NCBI GenBank assembly: GCA_016839705.1
Contig: JAEOTR010000057.1
Span: 62,601 to 126,600, forward strand
From: Promethearchaeota archaeon
GTDB lineage: Archaea; Asgardarchaeota; Lokiarchaeia; Sigyniarchaeales; SOKP01
Direction of reading: 5' to 3'
Length of the DNA: 64,000 nucleotides
The position numbers and the translations under genes were made by a program. The notes beneath the pieces were generated by a model. It made no database searches and was not told the origin of the DNA. It saw only the letters and a list, made by a program, of their open reading frames with translations. Within the stretch, counting starts at the first letter, position 1. Each line of letters starts with the position of its first letter. Positions 38,271-48,977 of the stretch are shown here, piece after piece.

Positions 38271-40001
38271 ATGGAAAACAAAACCTATCCCGAATACAGT
38301 TCTCATTATCCACTCCTGCTTACTACCTTTATGAAAAGACCAGTGAGGGTTTATCCGAATGAGATTGGTGTGGTTTATAGAAACCATGCTACTGGTGAAT
38401 ACTTTAGGTTTACATGGCTTGAATGGTATAAGCGTACATGTCGTTTGGCAAATGCTTTGAAAACTCTCAAAATTAATCCTGGGGAACCTGGAAAACCTGG
38501 AGATAGAGTCGCAACCATGGCACTTAACAATCATAGACATTTAGAGATTTATTATGCGGCACCTTGTAGTGGGGCTCTTTTACATCCAATAAATATAAGA
38601 CTTTCGCCAGAGCATATCATTTATACAATAAACCATGCAGAAGATAAAATTATTTTTTTTGATGATTTGCTTCTTAAACTTGTTGAAGGTATCTATGACC
38701 ATATAAAAGACACTGTCAAGATGTTCGTATACATGTCTGATAAACCGGGATTACCTGATACTAAAATAGAAAACCTTTATGAGTATGAAGAGTTGATTAA
38801 AACGGAATCTGAGGAATATGAATGGCCTCATTTGAGTGAAGATAATTATGCAACTTTATGTTATACAACAGGTACAACAGGTCTTCCAAAAGGGGCCATG
38901 TTCACTCACAGAGCTATTTACTTATTAATTATACACACTCTTGCTTATGCTGTTTTCAGTAACAGTCCTGAACGTGTTTATCTTGGAGAAAATGCTATTC
39001 CTATGATGCTTACCCCCCTATATCATATTCATGCATGGGGGGCCCCTTTTACGTCTGTTTTCATGGCACTACGTATTGTATTACCAGGAACGTTTACAGT
39101 TGAAGGATTCTGTGAACTCGTTCAAACAGAGAAGGTAACTTCAGTAGGGGTGGTTCCAACTATATTAGCTTTGCTTCTTGAGTACAAAGACATCGACAAA
39201 TATGATTTAAGTAGTCTTGCTAGGGTTGGTGTAGGTGGTGGAGCTTTACCTTTAGGATTAAAAAAAAAAGTTGAGAAAAAGTTTCCACAAATTACAGCAG
39301 GTTCGGGATATGGAATGACTGAGACTGCTCCTACGACTATTACGGCTTTTATTAAAAAATATATGAGCGATTGGCCTAAAGAGAAATTAGATGAAGTAAG
39401 AGTAAAAACTGGTCTGCCTCTTCCAGGTTTAGATATTGAAGTTGTGGATGAAAATGGAAAACCAATTCCCCATGATAATAGTGCGATTGGTGAGATAATT
39501 ATTCGTGGCCCCTGGGTAATGGAAAAGTATTATAAGAATCCACGCCAAACTTCTGCAGTTTGGCGTGATGGCTGGTTTCATACTGGAGATATGGCAAAGA
39601 TTGACGAGGAAGACTTTATTATCATTGCAGATAGAATGTCTGATATCATTAGGAGCGGTGCTGAAATGATTCCAACTGTACTTCTTGAAAATCTAATTGC
39701 TATGGCTGAATTTGTTCTTGAAGCTACAGTAGTAGGCGTTCCAGATGATGTATGGGGCGAAAAGGCGATGGCTATCGTAAAACTTGTTCCTGGTTCTGAT
39801 AAGAATGAACAGGATATAATTGATTTTCTCAAAGCTGAAGGTGTAGATAAGGGGAAAATTACTAAATGGATGCTTCCTAAATTGGTAGCAATCACTAATA
39901 TGATACCGAGAACTAGTGTTGGGAAATTTGATAAAATAGAAATTAGAAAAAATTTGGATAAATTCCTAGAAATAGCTAAGGACATGCGAACTGATAAATA
40001 A
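38271..40001 (+). CDS. Fatty-acid-CoA ligase (FadD/AlkK-like), paralogue 1
   Basis: YTTGTTGLPKG, GYGMTE, GWFHTGD, PRTSVGKF. Confidence 0.92.
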   Translation: MENKTYPEYSSHYPLLLTTFMKRPVRVYPNEIGVVYRNHATGEYFRFTWLEWYKRTCRLANALKTLKINPGEPGKPGDRVATMALNNHRHLEIYYAAPCSGALLHPINIRLSPEHIIYTINHAEDKIIFFDDLLLKLVEGIYDHIKDTVKMFVYMSDKPGLPDTKIENLYEYEELIKTESEEYEWPHLSEDNYATLCYTTGTTGLPKGAMFTHRAIYLLIIHTLAYAVFSNSPERVYLGENAIPMMLTPLYHIHAWGAPFTSVFMALRIVLPGTFTVEGFCELVQTEKVTSVGVVPTILALLLEYKDIDKYDLSSLARVGVGGGALPLGLKKKVEKKFPQITAGSGYGMTETAPTTITAFIKKYMSDWPKEKLDEVRVKTGLPLPGLDIEVVDENGKPIPHDNSAIGEIIIRGPWVMEKYYKNPRQTSAVWRDGWFHTGDMAKIDEEDFIIIADRMSDIIRSGAEMIPTVLLENLIAMAEFVLEATVVGVPDDVWGEKAMAIVKLVPGSDKNEQDIIDFLKAEGVDKGKITKWMLPKLVAITNMIPRTSVGKFDKIEIRKNLDKFLEIAKDMRTDK

Positions 40002-40209
40002 ATTACTCAAGTTAATTCATGATCTAGGATTTTTTCAGATTCTATCAATTCCCATGAATTAAGATATTTTTTTTCTTTAGTCTAATTAAAATTCCATTAA
40101 ATAAGATAATCATCTATAAACTGAAAAAAAGAGAATATGCAATTTCAGTTTAAATTTTTATATACTGAGGGTTATATTAAATTATTACATTTAAAAAGAG
40201 GAAATAAAT

Positions 40210-42477
40210 TTGAATCACTATGAAAAATTTGAAGGTATAATTGCGCGTACTTATAATGAATCCACTCCCTGCTGGCCTACTCCAAAACGAGTAGGGGATG
40301 GTAGCCCAAACATAATAATAATTCTTCTTGATGATACTGGCTTTGCTCACTTTGGGTGCTACGGTTCTAGTATCGATACTCCTAATTTTGATCGTTTAGC
40401 TAAAGGAGGTTTGCGATATAAAAATTTCCACACTACTGCTTTATGTTCTCCAACACGTGCTTGCTTACTGACAGGACGGAATCATCATACTGTAGGGATG
40501 CGAGCTATCTCCAACTTTAATCCGGGTTTTCCTAATATGCGAGGTTTTATTACTCCACATGCTGCTACTCTGGCAGAAGTTTTACGTGAGGAAGGTTATG
40601 CCACTATGGCTGTTGGCAAGTGGCATCTAACACCCATGGAACATGCTTCTGTTGCTGGACCATTTGACCATTGGCCTCTCCAACGTGGCTTTAATCGATT
40701 CTATGGATTTATGCAAGGTGAAACTGATCAATTCTATCCGGAATTAACTTATGATAATCATCCAGTTGATCCTCCTTATAGAGCTGAAGAAGGATATCAT
40801 GTTACTGAAGATTTCATAGATAAATCGATCCAATTCATACGAGATCAAAAATCAATACGACCTGATCAACCATTTTTTCTTTATTTAGCAACTGGTGCGA
40901 CTCATTCACCTCATCAAGCTCCTAAAGAGTTTATTGAAAAGTATCGTGGTCGTTTCGATGCAGGGTGGGATGTTATTCGAAAGGAATGGTATGAGAGACA
41001 ACTTCAGATGGGCATTATTCCACCTGGTACCAAACTTGCTCCTCGTAATCCAGGGGTACTATCTTGGGATGAATTATCAAAAAATGCGAAGAAGTTTGCA
41101 TTACGGCTTCAGGAAGCTTTTGCTGCATTTCTTGATCACACTGATCATCACATTGGTAGATTAATTACATTTCTTGAAGAGATTGGAGAATTAGATAATA
41201 CACTTATCATTTTATTAGCGGATAATGGTGCAAGCATGGAAGGAGGTCACACTGGCGTAATGGATGAATTCAAATATTTTAATGCACTTTTGGAGGACGT
41301 GGATGCAATACAGAATAGATTAGATGATATTGGCGGTCCGAAGAGTCATTCTAATTATCCTTGGGGTTGGGCACAAGTTGGAAACACACCGCTTAAATGG
41401 TATAAATCACATATATTTGGTGGTGGGGTTCGAGATCCCCTAATTATTCATTGGCCAAAACAAATAAAAGATCAAGGAGGTATGCGGAATCAGTTCCATT
41501 ATATTACAGATATTACACCCACAATTCTCGATATACTTAATATTGAACCACCATCGATATATAGAGGATATAATCAAATCCCGATATCGGGTACATCTAT
41601 GGCTTATACTTTCGATTCTCCAAATGAAAAATCGCATAAACATATCCAGCATTTTGAGATGTTTGGTAATCGTGGTATTTGGGTTGATGGTTGGAAAGCA
41701 GTAACTGCGCATCGACAGGGAGCACCTTATGACGATAAAGAATGGGAGCTTTATAACTTAGAAGATGACTTTTCAGAATGTAATAACCTAGCTGAAGAAC
41801 ACCCCGACAAATTGAGAAAACTTATTGACCTTTGGTGGGTTGAAGCTGGGAAACATGGTGTCTTACCTTTAGATGATAGAAGAGCTGAGCTATTTAGAGC
41901 TCAATTCGAAGCAGGATCTCCTCATGCGAAGCGTGAATATAACTACTATCCTCCCATCGCTCATTTACCCGCTGAAGTGTCTCCTGTTGTTGGAAATCGA
42001 ACTTGGATAATAACCGCTACTATTGAGCGTTCTAGTGAACAAGAAGAAGGAGTACTTGTTTCCATGGGAACTCAGAATTGTGGCTATTGCTGGTACATTA
42101 AGGATAATCTTGCTGTATTTGATTATAATGTTTTTACAAAGCACCATAGGGTTCAATCAACTATTCCAATTCCTGTGGGAGAATGTTCAATTGGAGTGTA
42201 TTTTAAACGGGAAGGAAGGACAGGAACGATAAGTCTTAAAATAGGCGATAAAGAATGTGGTACTATTCAAGTTCCATATATAATGCGAATGATATCATCT
42301 ACGGGATTCGATATTGGGAGAAATAGTCTGTCACCAATCACAGATGATTATAAGGCACCCTTCGAGTTTCAAGGGAAAATTAATAAGGTGAATATCAAAC
42401 TTCCTCGTTATAGAAAACCATCAGAAATACGTGAAGATGCAAAAAGTCAATTTCGAGCTGAGATGACCAAACAATAG
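40210..42477 (+). CDS. Arylsulfatase (AtsA-like, Cys-type formylglycine sulfatase), cytoplasmic
   Basis: NIIIILLDD, LCSPTRACLLTGR (CxPxR), GKWHL, ADNG; C-terminal beta domain; no signal peptide. Confidence 0.92.
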   Translation: MNHYEKFEGIIARTYNESTPCWPTPKRVGDGSPNIIIILLDDTGFAHFGCYGSSIDTPNFDRLAKGGLRYKNFHTTALCSPTRACLLTGRNHHTVGMRAISNFNPGFPNMRGFITPHAATLAEVLREEGYATMAVGKWHLTPMEHASVAGPFDHWPLQRGFNRFYGFMQGETDQFYPELTYDNHPVDPPYRAEEGYHVTEDFIDKSIQFIRDQKSIRPDQPFFLYLATGATHSPHQAPKEFIEKYRGRFDAGWDVIRKEWYERQLQMGIIPPGTKLAPRNPGVLSWDELSKNAKKFALRLQEAFAAFLDHTDHHIGRLITFLEEIGELDNTLIILLADNGASMEGGHTGVMDEFKYFNALLEDVDAIQNRLDDIGGPKSHSNYPWGWAQVGNTPLKWYKSHIFGGGVRDPLIIHWPKQIKDQGGMRNQFHYITDITPTILDILNIEPPSIYRGYNQIPISGTSMAYTFDSPNEKSHKHIQHFEMFGNRGIWVDGWKAVTAHRQGAPYDDKEWELYNLEDDFSECNNLAEEHPDKLRKLIDLWWVEAGKHGVLPLDDRRAELFRAQFEAGSPHAKREYNYYPPIAHLPAEVSPVVGNRTWIITATIERSSEQEEGVLVSMGTQNCGYCWYIKDNLAVFDYNVFTKHHRVQSTIPIPVGECSIGVYFKREGRTGTISLKIGDKECGTIQVPYIMRMISSTGFDIGRNSLSPITDDYKAPFEFQGKINKVNIKLPRYRKPSEIREDAKSQFRAEMTKQ

Positions 42478-42642
42478 TAAAAAATCATATTATCACCTTT
42501 ATTTTATTAGAAATAGTAGCGAGTATTAAAATCTAAAAAATTTAAATATTCCGATATTCAAATTATAATAATACTATTTTGTAAATTCTTTAGTATTAGA
42601 TATTTGAAAATTAAAAAAAAACTAAAAATAGTGAGAATTGAA

Positions 42643-44370
42643 ATGGCAAAAGAAACATTTCCGGAATTTAGCTCTCATTATCCACTCCTCCTTACAACAT
42701 TTATGAAAAGACCAGTGAAAGTTTATCCAAACGAGATTGGTGTGGTTTATAGAAACCATGTTACCGGGGAATACTTTAGATTTACGTGGATGGAATGGTA
42801 TAAACGCACATGTCGTCTAGCAAATGCCTTAAAAAAACTAAATATAAATCCTGGAGAACCTGGAAAACCTGGAGATAGAGTTGCAACCATGGCGCTTAAT
42901 ACTCATAGGCATTTAGAGATTTATTATGCGGCGCCTTGTAGTGGAGCAATGCTTCATACAATCAATGTAAGACTCTCACCTGAGCACATCATTTTTACTA
43001 TAAACCATGCGGGAGATAAAATTTTATTTTTTGATGATATACTTCTTCGATTAGTTGAGGGGATCTATGACCATATAAAAGATACTGTCAAAATGTTTGT
43101 ATATATGTCTGATAAGCCGGGATTACCTGATACTAAGATAGAAAATCTCTATGAATATGAAGAATTGCTAAAAGCTGAATCAGATGAATACGAATGGCCT
43201 CACTTGAGTGAAGACAATTATGCAACTTTATGTTATACAACAGGTACTACCGGGCTTCCAAAAGGGGCTATGTTCACCCACAGAGCAATTTATTTATTGT
43301 GTATACACGTCCAAGCCTATACTGTTTGTAGTAACGATCCCGCTCGTGTCTTTCTCGGTGAGAATACGGTTCCTATGATAATCACCCCACTATTTCATAT
43401 TCATGGCTGGGGAGCACCTTTTTCCTACGTTTTAATGGGAGTAAAGATTGTGCTACCAGGAACGTTTACAGTTCAAGGTTTCTGCGAACTTGTTCAAACA
43501 GAGAGGGTTTCTACTGTAGGTGTAGTCCCAACTATATTAGCGTTACTTCTTGAATACCCGGATCTCGATAAATACGACTTAAGTAGTCTTGTTAGTGTTG
43601 CTGTAGGTGGCGGTGCTCTACCGCTAGGATTAAAAAATAAGATCGAGAAAAAGTTACCAGGATTTACAGCAAGTTCAGGATATGGAATGACTGAGACCGC
43701 TCCTACGACGATTGCAGCATTCGTAAAAAAATATATGAGCGATTGGCCTAAAGAGAAATTAGATGAAGTAAGAGTAAAAACTGGTCTACCTCTTCCAGGT
43801 TTAGATATTGAAGTTGTGGATGAAAATGGAAAACCTATCCCTCATGATGATAATACTCTTGGGGAGATAGTCATTCGTGGTCCTTGGGTAATGGAAAAAT
43901 ACTATAAGAATCCGCAGAAAACCGCAGAAGTTTGGAGAAATGGTTGGTTTCATACCGGGGATATGGCAAAGATTGACGAAGAAGATTTTATAGTTATAGC
44001 AGATAGAATGTCGGATCTCATTAGAAGCGGTGCTGAAATGGTTCCAACTGTACTTCTTGAAAATCTGGCTGCTATGGCTGATTTCGTCCTCGAAGCTACT
44101 GTAGTAGGAGTTCCAGATGAAGTATGGGGCGAAAAAGCAATGGCTATAATAAAACTTATTCCAGGTTCAGATAAGAATGAACAAGATTTGATTGATTTTC
44201 TTACGGCTGAAGGTGTGGATAAAGGAAAAATAACTAAATGGATGCTTCCTAAACTAGTAGCAATTGTAGATGAGATACCTAAAACAAGTGTTGGAAAATT
44301 TAATAAAATAGCAATTAGAAAGGATTTGGATAAGTTCTTGGCAAATGCAAAAGATATGAAAAGCAATTAG
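42643..44370 (+). CDS. Fatty-acid-CoA ligase, paralogue 2 (start moved to ATG 42643)
   Basis: Same motifs as paralogue 1. MAKETFPEFSSHYP aligns with the N-termini of the other two paralogues. Confidence 0.92.
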   Translation: MAKETFPEFSSHYPLLLTTFMKRPVKVYPNEIGVVYRNHVTGEYFRFTWMEWYKRTCRLANALKKLNINPGEPGKPGDRVATMALNTHRHLEIYYAAPCSGAMLHTINVRLSPEHIIFTINHAGDKILFFDDILLRLVEGIYDHIKDTVKMFVYMSDKPGLPDTKIENLYEYEELLKAESDEYEWPHLSEDNYATLCYTTGTTGLPKGAMFTHRAIYLLCIHVQAYTVCSNDPARVFLGENTVPMIITPLFHIHGWGAPFSYVLMGVKIVLPGTFTVQGFCELVQTERVSTVGVVPTILALLLEYPDLDKYDLSSLVSVAVGGGALPLGLKNKIEKKLPGFTASSGYGMTETAPTTIAAFVKKYMSDWPKEKLDEVRVKTGLPLPGLDIEVVDENGKPIPHDDNTLGEIVIRGPWVMEKYYKNPQKTAEVWRNGWFHTGDMAKIDEEDFIVIADRMSDLIRSGAEMVPTVLLENLAAMADFVLEATVVGVPDEVWGEKAMAIIKLIPGSDKNEQDLIDFLTAEGVDKGKITKWMLPKLVAIVDEIPKTSVGKFNKIAIRKDLDKFLANAKDMKSN

Positions 44371-44586
44371 ACATTTTAAAAGTCAAATTTTTTTATTTTT
44401 ACTTTTTTTTTAATAGTTTAAATTATTGGTATTCAAGATAGCTTCTCTTCTTAAAGATACAAAAAATACAGTTAGATTTGATTATTTTGTGCCTTTTTCC
44501 CTATATTGATATTAAATCCTTGACTTTCACTCCATAAAGAATATCTTAAGCATCTTCGAGTATATTAAAACAAAATATCGAAGTAG

Positions 44587-44611
44587 AAACGATTAAAATA
44601 AAAATAATGAT
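44587..44611 (+). promoter_or_regulatory. Upstream element shared with ligase copy 1
   Basis: AAACGATTAAAATAAAAATAATGAT. Confidence 0.6.
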
Positions 44612-44657
44612 AACTTTTATATCAAAATTATAAAAGACTTAAAAATGGAGATATAAA

Positions 44658-46385
44658 ATGGTTAAAGGACCATTCCCCGAATTTAGTTCTCATTATCCCC
44701 TATTACTTACAACATTTATGCAAAGACCCATAAAAACTTATCCTAATGAGATAGGTGTTGTGTATAGAAATCATATTACTTGTGAATACCACCGTTTTAC
44801 TTGGATTGAGTGGTATAAACGTACATGTCGTCTGGCTAACCTTTTGAAAGCTTTTAATGCGAAGAGCGGGAAACCTGGAAAACCGGGGGATCGAATTGCG
44901 ACAATGGCACTTAATACACATAGACATTTAGAACTATATTTTGCAGTTCCTTGTATTGGAGCTACATTGCATCCAATCAACGTAAGACTTGCTATTGATC
45001 ATATAACCTATACAATAAATCATTCAGGAGATAAAATAATTTTTGTTGATGATGTACTTTTACCACTATTAGAATCAGCATATGATAAAATAAAAGATAC
45101 CGTTGAAAAATTTGTATATATGTCTGATAAACCGGGTTTACCTAATACAAAAATTGAGAATATCTATGAATATGAAGAGTTGCTTAGTCAACAATCTGAT
45201 GAGTTCGAATGGCCTTATCTAAACGAAGATAACTATGCCACTCTTTGTTATACAACCGGAACTACAGGTCTCCCAAAAGGTGCGATGTTCACTCATAGAG
45301 CCTTGTATATCTTTACTTTACATATGATTGCTTACACTTCTTTCTTGAATGACCCTACGCATAAAGCTCTTGGTGAAAATAATGTTCCAATGGTAACTAC
45401 CCCACTATTTCATATTCATGCCTGGGGTGCCCCTTTCATCTATACATTTCTGGCGGTGAAAATGGTATTACCTGGCACATTCACAGTTGATGGTTTTTGC
45501 GAATTAGTCCAAACTGAAAAAGTAACATCTGTGGCAGTTGTACCAACAATATTAGCATTGCTCATTGAATATCCAGATATAGATAAATATGATTTAAGTA
45601 GTCTTATATCTGTTAGTGTAGGTGGCGGAGCTTTACCCTTAGGATTAAAAAAAAAGGTTGAGAAAAAAATTCCTGGATTCACAGCAAGTTCTGGTTATGG
45701 GATGACTGAAACGGCACCAACAACCATTAGAGCGTTTGTTAAGAAATACATGAGAGATTGGCCCAAAGAAAAACTAGATGAGGTTAGAGTGAAGACCGGA
45801 TTACCTATGCCTGGACTTGAAGTAGAAGTTGTAGATGAAAATGGAAATACTGTACCCCATGATTCTGAAACTATAGGAGAAATTGTTATACGTGGACCGT
45901 GGGTAATGGAGAAATATTATAAAAGTCCTAAAAAAACCGCTGATGTATGGTATGATGGGTGGTTTCATACTGGAGATTTAGCCTATGTTGATGAGGAAGA
46001 TTTTATAGTAATAGCAGATAGAATTAAAGATGTAATAAGGAGCGGTGCCGAAATGGTTCCCACTGTCTTACTTGAAAATTTATCTGCCATGGCAGATTTT
46101 GTTCTTGAAGCAACTGTTGTCGGTGTTCCAGATGAGGTGTGGGGGGAAATACCTATGGCTCTAGTGAAATTTGTGCCAAACTCTAATAAGGTAGAAAAAG
46201 ATCTAATCGATTTTCTTACAACTGAAGGTGTGGATAAAGGCAAAATAACCAAATGGATGCTTCCTAAGCTTGTCGCAATTGTAGATGAGATACCTAGAAC
46301 CAGTGTTGGAAAATTTAACAAGATTGCAATTCGAGAGGATTTAGACCAGTTCTTAGCAAAAGCTAAAGATATGAGGAAAAAATAA
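44658..46385 (+). CDS. Fatty-acid-CoA ligase, paralogue 3
   Basis: Same motifs as the other two paralogues. Confidence 0.92.
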   Translation: MVKGPFPEFSSHYPLLLTTFMQRPIKTYPNEIGVVYRNHITCEYHRFTWIEWYKRTCRLANLLKAFNAKSGKPGKPGDRIATMALNTHRHLELYFAVPCIGATLHPINVRLAIDHITYTINHSGDKIIFVDDVLLPLLESAYDKIKDTVEKFVYMSDKPGLPNTKIENIYEYEELLSQQSDEFEWPYLNEDNYATLCYTTGTTGLPKGAMFTHRALYIFTLHMIAYTSFLNDPTHKALGENNVPMVTTPLFHIHAWGAPFIYTFLAVKMVLPGTFTVDGFCELVQTEKVTSVAVVPTILALLIEYPDIDKYDLSSLISVSVGGGALPLGLKKKVEKKIPGFTASSGYGMTETAPTTIRAFVKKYMRDWPKEKLDEVRVKTGLPMPGLEVEVVDENGNTVPHDSETIGEIVIRGPWVMEKYYKSPKKTADVWYDGWFHTGDLAYVDEEDFIVIADRIKDVIRSGAEMVPTVLLENLSAMADFVLEATVVGVPDEVWGEIPMALVKFVPNSNKVEKDLIDFLTTEGVDKGKITKWMLPKLVAIVDEIPRTSVGKFNKIAIREDLDQFLAKAKDMRKK

Positions 46386-46566
46386 TTTACTTCGTAATCA
46401 ATTTTTCTATTTTTCTTTCTTAATTTTTAATAGAAAAAATCTTTTTTTAATGAGTTTTAAACTAAAAAATAATTAAATAATCAAATATTTCAGAAAATCA
46501 TAAATTCTATATCAAAAAAATAGTCAAACAAGGTCGTTTATCATTCGGAAAAGGTTAAAACAAGGT

Positions 46567-47076
46567 TTGGTTCAATGCTATTTTGGAAGAGGTAAGGGAA
46601 AGACTACTGCAGCAATAGGTCAAGGAGTACGGGCAACGGGACATGGGTTTAAGGTCTATATGATTCAATTTATGAAAGGCAATTATAAATATGGGGAAAT
46701 AGAAGCTATCAAAAATATTTCAAATTTCGAGTTAAAACAGTTTGGGAGTCCCGATCTTATAGCAGAACCGAGTGATTTTGATAGAAATGAGGGTCATAAA
46801 GCACTTGATTTTGCTAAAGACATTATTATGAGTGATGAATATGATGTTGTGATTCTTGATGAGGTGGGTGTTGCGATATCTATGAATGTAATCTCTGTTG
46901 AACCCGTGTTGGAACTAATAAAAAACAAACCTGAAAAAGTCGAACTCGTTCTAACAGGGGGTCCAAAAATGCATCCTAAGATAAAGGAGATGGCTGATTT
47001 AGTTACTGAGATGAGAATGATAAAACATTACTATTCCTCAAAGGGAATAACAGCTCGATATGGAATTGAATATTAG
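46567..47076 (+). CDS. cobA: Cob(I)yrinic acid a,c-diamide adenosyltransferase (CobA/BtuR); true start possibly slightly upstream
   Basis: GRGKGKTTAA, IQFMKG, VILDE, ELVLTG, ADLVTEM..IKH, GIEY. Confidence 0.9.
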   Translation: MVQCYFGRGKGKTTAAIGQGVRATGHGFKVYMIQFMKGNYKYGEIEAIKNISNFELKQFGSPDLIAEPSDFDRNEGHKALDFAKDIIMSDEYDVVILDEVGVAISMNVISVEPVLELIKNKPEKVELVLTGGPKMHPKIKEMADLVTEMRMIKHYYSSKGITARYGIEY

Positions 47077-47108
47077 GATTAAAAAAAAAAAGAATAAAAG
47101 AGTAAATT

Positions 47109-47543
47109 TCACATAAAAACTATTGTTCCTTCTCCGGTAGTTACTACCTCATCATCCTGGTTTTTCACTATAGTATCACATATGATGAATTTCAATTTGC
47201 CTTCTTTTTTTGTGAACATTTCTTTTACGGTGGCAACTGCGGTTAGGGTATCACCAAAAAACACAGGCTTCACGAATTTAACAGTTTGGCCTCCGTATAA
47301 AATTCCCGGCCCAAATAATTTCGTCCCTAAAACCGCTGAAATTAAACCAGAACTTAGTGCTCCATGGGCTACTTGTTTTCCAAACATTTGAGTTTTAGCA
47401 AATTCGGGATTAACATGGATAGGGTTGAAATCTCCAGTTACTTCAGCAAATGTCATAACATCTTTTTCAGTTATTTTCTTAGTAAAGGAGGCAGACTGTC
47501 CCACTTTATAATCCTCATATTTTACAGGCTCTAAATCTGACAT
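47109..47543 (-). CDS. MaoC-family (R)-specific enoyl-CoA hydratase
   Basis: FAEVTGDFNPIH, VAHG, FVKPVFFGD. Confidence 0.9.
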   Translation of the reverse strand: MSDLEPVKYEDYKVGQSASFTKKITEKDVMTFAEVTGDFNPIHVNPEFAKTQMFGKQVAHGALSSGLISAVLGTKLFGPGILYGGQTVKFVKPVFFGDTLTAVATVKEMFTKKEGKLKFIICDTIVKNQDDEVVTTGEGTIVFM

Positions 47544-47625
47544 AAGAAAAAATAATGAATATATAGATAAAAATTTTGACTATAATATATTGTAATATAA
47601 AACAGTATCCTATTGTTCATATTCA

Positions 47626-47843
47626 AAATACATGGAAAAAAAACCACTATTGATGCCATATTCGCATTAGCATATGGACTCTATACATATGTCAATCTGG
47701 TAACCACAGTAACAGGTGGTGCCGATTTAGTAAATCTTTTAACTCAAGATTTAAAGAATATAACGGGTGGAATTTTGCATGTTGAAACAGATCCAATTCA
47801 AGCCGTCGATGCCATGTTAGATCATATTTAAAAGAATAGGAAA
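47626..47843 (+). pseudogene. cooS: C-terminal remnant of Ni-CO dehydrogenase catalytic subunit
   Basis: YME/KKTTIDAIFALAYGLYTYVN...VTGG..LV.LLT.D...TGG.L.VETDP resembles the CooS C-terminus. Frameshift in the A8 run at 47636-47643; TAA at 47829. Confidence 0.75.
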
Positions 47844-47846
47844 TAT

Positions 47847-48233
47847 TTACACAGTCTAAATTTAAGAATGAATAAATTAACTGATCTTCCAGAATCTATT
47901 GGACAATTAGAATACCTTGATGAGCTTAGTTTAATGGGTAATGAACTAAAAACTTTACCAGAATCCATAGGAAAACTTACAAACCTCAGGGTTCTCAATT
48001 TAGAAAATAATAAGATAACTGCTTTACCCGAGTCAATTTGTAATATACCATGTTATATTGAATTATCAAACAATAAAATAGCGTCAATTGACGAGAAAAT
48101 TCTAGAAACCTGTAAAATGGATTTAACAGGAAATCCTATTATAGATACCTTAGAGAGAACTTTACAAGAGACGACCCTATGGAAAATTCAAATGAAAGAA
48201 AGAAAAAAAGAAAAAGAAAAATTAAAGAAATAA
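47847..48233 (+). pseudogene. Leucine-rich-repeat protein, probably 5'-truncated
   Basis: LxxLxLxxNxLxxLPESIG repeats. The LRR pattern (LHSLNLR) continues upstream of the annotated ATG at 47868. Confidence 0.7.
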
Positions 48234-48411
48234 CTAAATTTTGCAGTAAATTTAACTTTCAAGTGTAAAGAATAACACTAATTATAATTGAAACTTGGAA
48301 TTAATCTTCAGAAAAAGGTCTAAACTACTAGTTTGATTTATATTATATGGCTCTTTAAGAATTAAAAAGGGCATAGAACTTCATTTTTATTACTCATTAA
48401 GGTAAAAAAGT

Positions 48412-48615
48412 ATGAAAGAGAATAAAGTAATTACTGATATTGAGCAGTTAACACCAGAACGGTTGACAAGAATCTTCAAAAATAAGGGTTACATTAGCCA
48501 AGGGAAAGTTACAAAAATAATTAAGAAAAATTCGCAAGAATCTCTCAGTTCTAATTTGCATTTCTTAGATCAAAACTTTTCTACTGATGCTCAAACGGAA
48601 TCGAATTCTTTTTGA
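48412..48615 (+). pseudogene. N-terminal fragment of a phosphotransferase (APH/EcKinase-like) gene
   Basis: ITDIEQLTPERLT..F...G....G.V resembles the N-terminus of this family; ends after 67 aa with no kinase core. Confidence 0.45.
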
Positions 48616-48686
48616 TTTAAGTAAATATAGAAATTAAGAATAAGTTCACAGTTATTTTGAAGAGGAAGAAATCGACGATTACTTAG

Positions 48687-48974
<288 letters not shown>

Positions 48975-48977
48975 AAA

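Noticed and set aside
39578-46321. Three similar minus-strand ORFs (39578-39985, 43950-44366, 45983-46321)
   Set aside because: Their similarity only mirrors the three FadD paralogues on the opposite strand.
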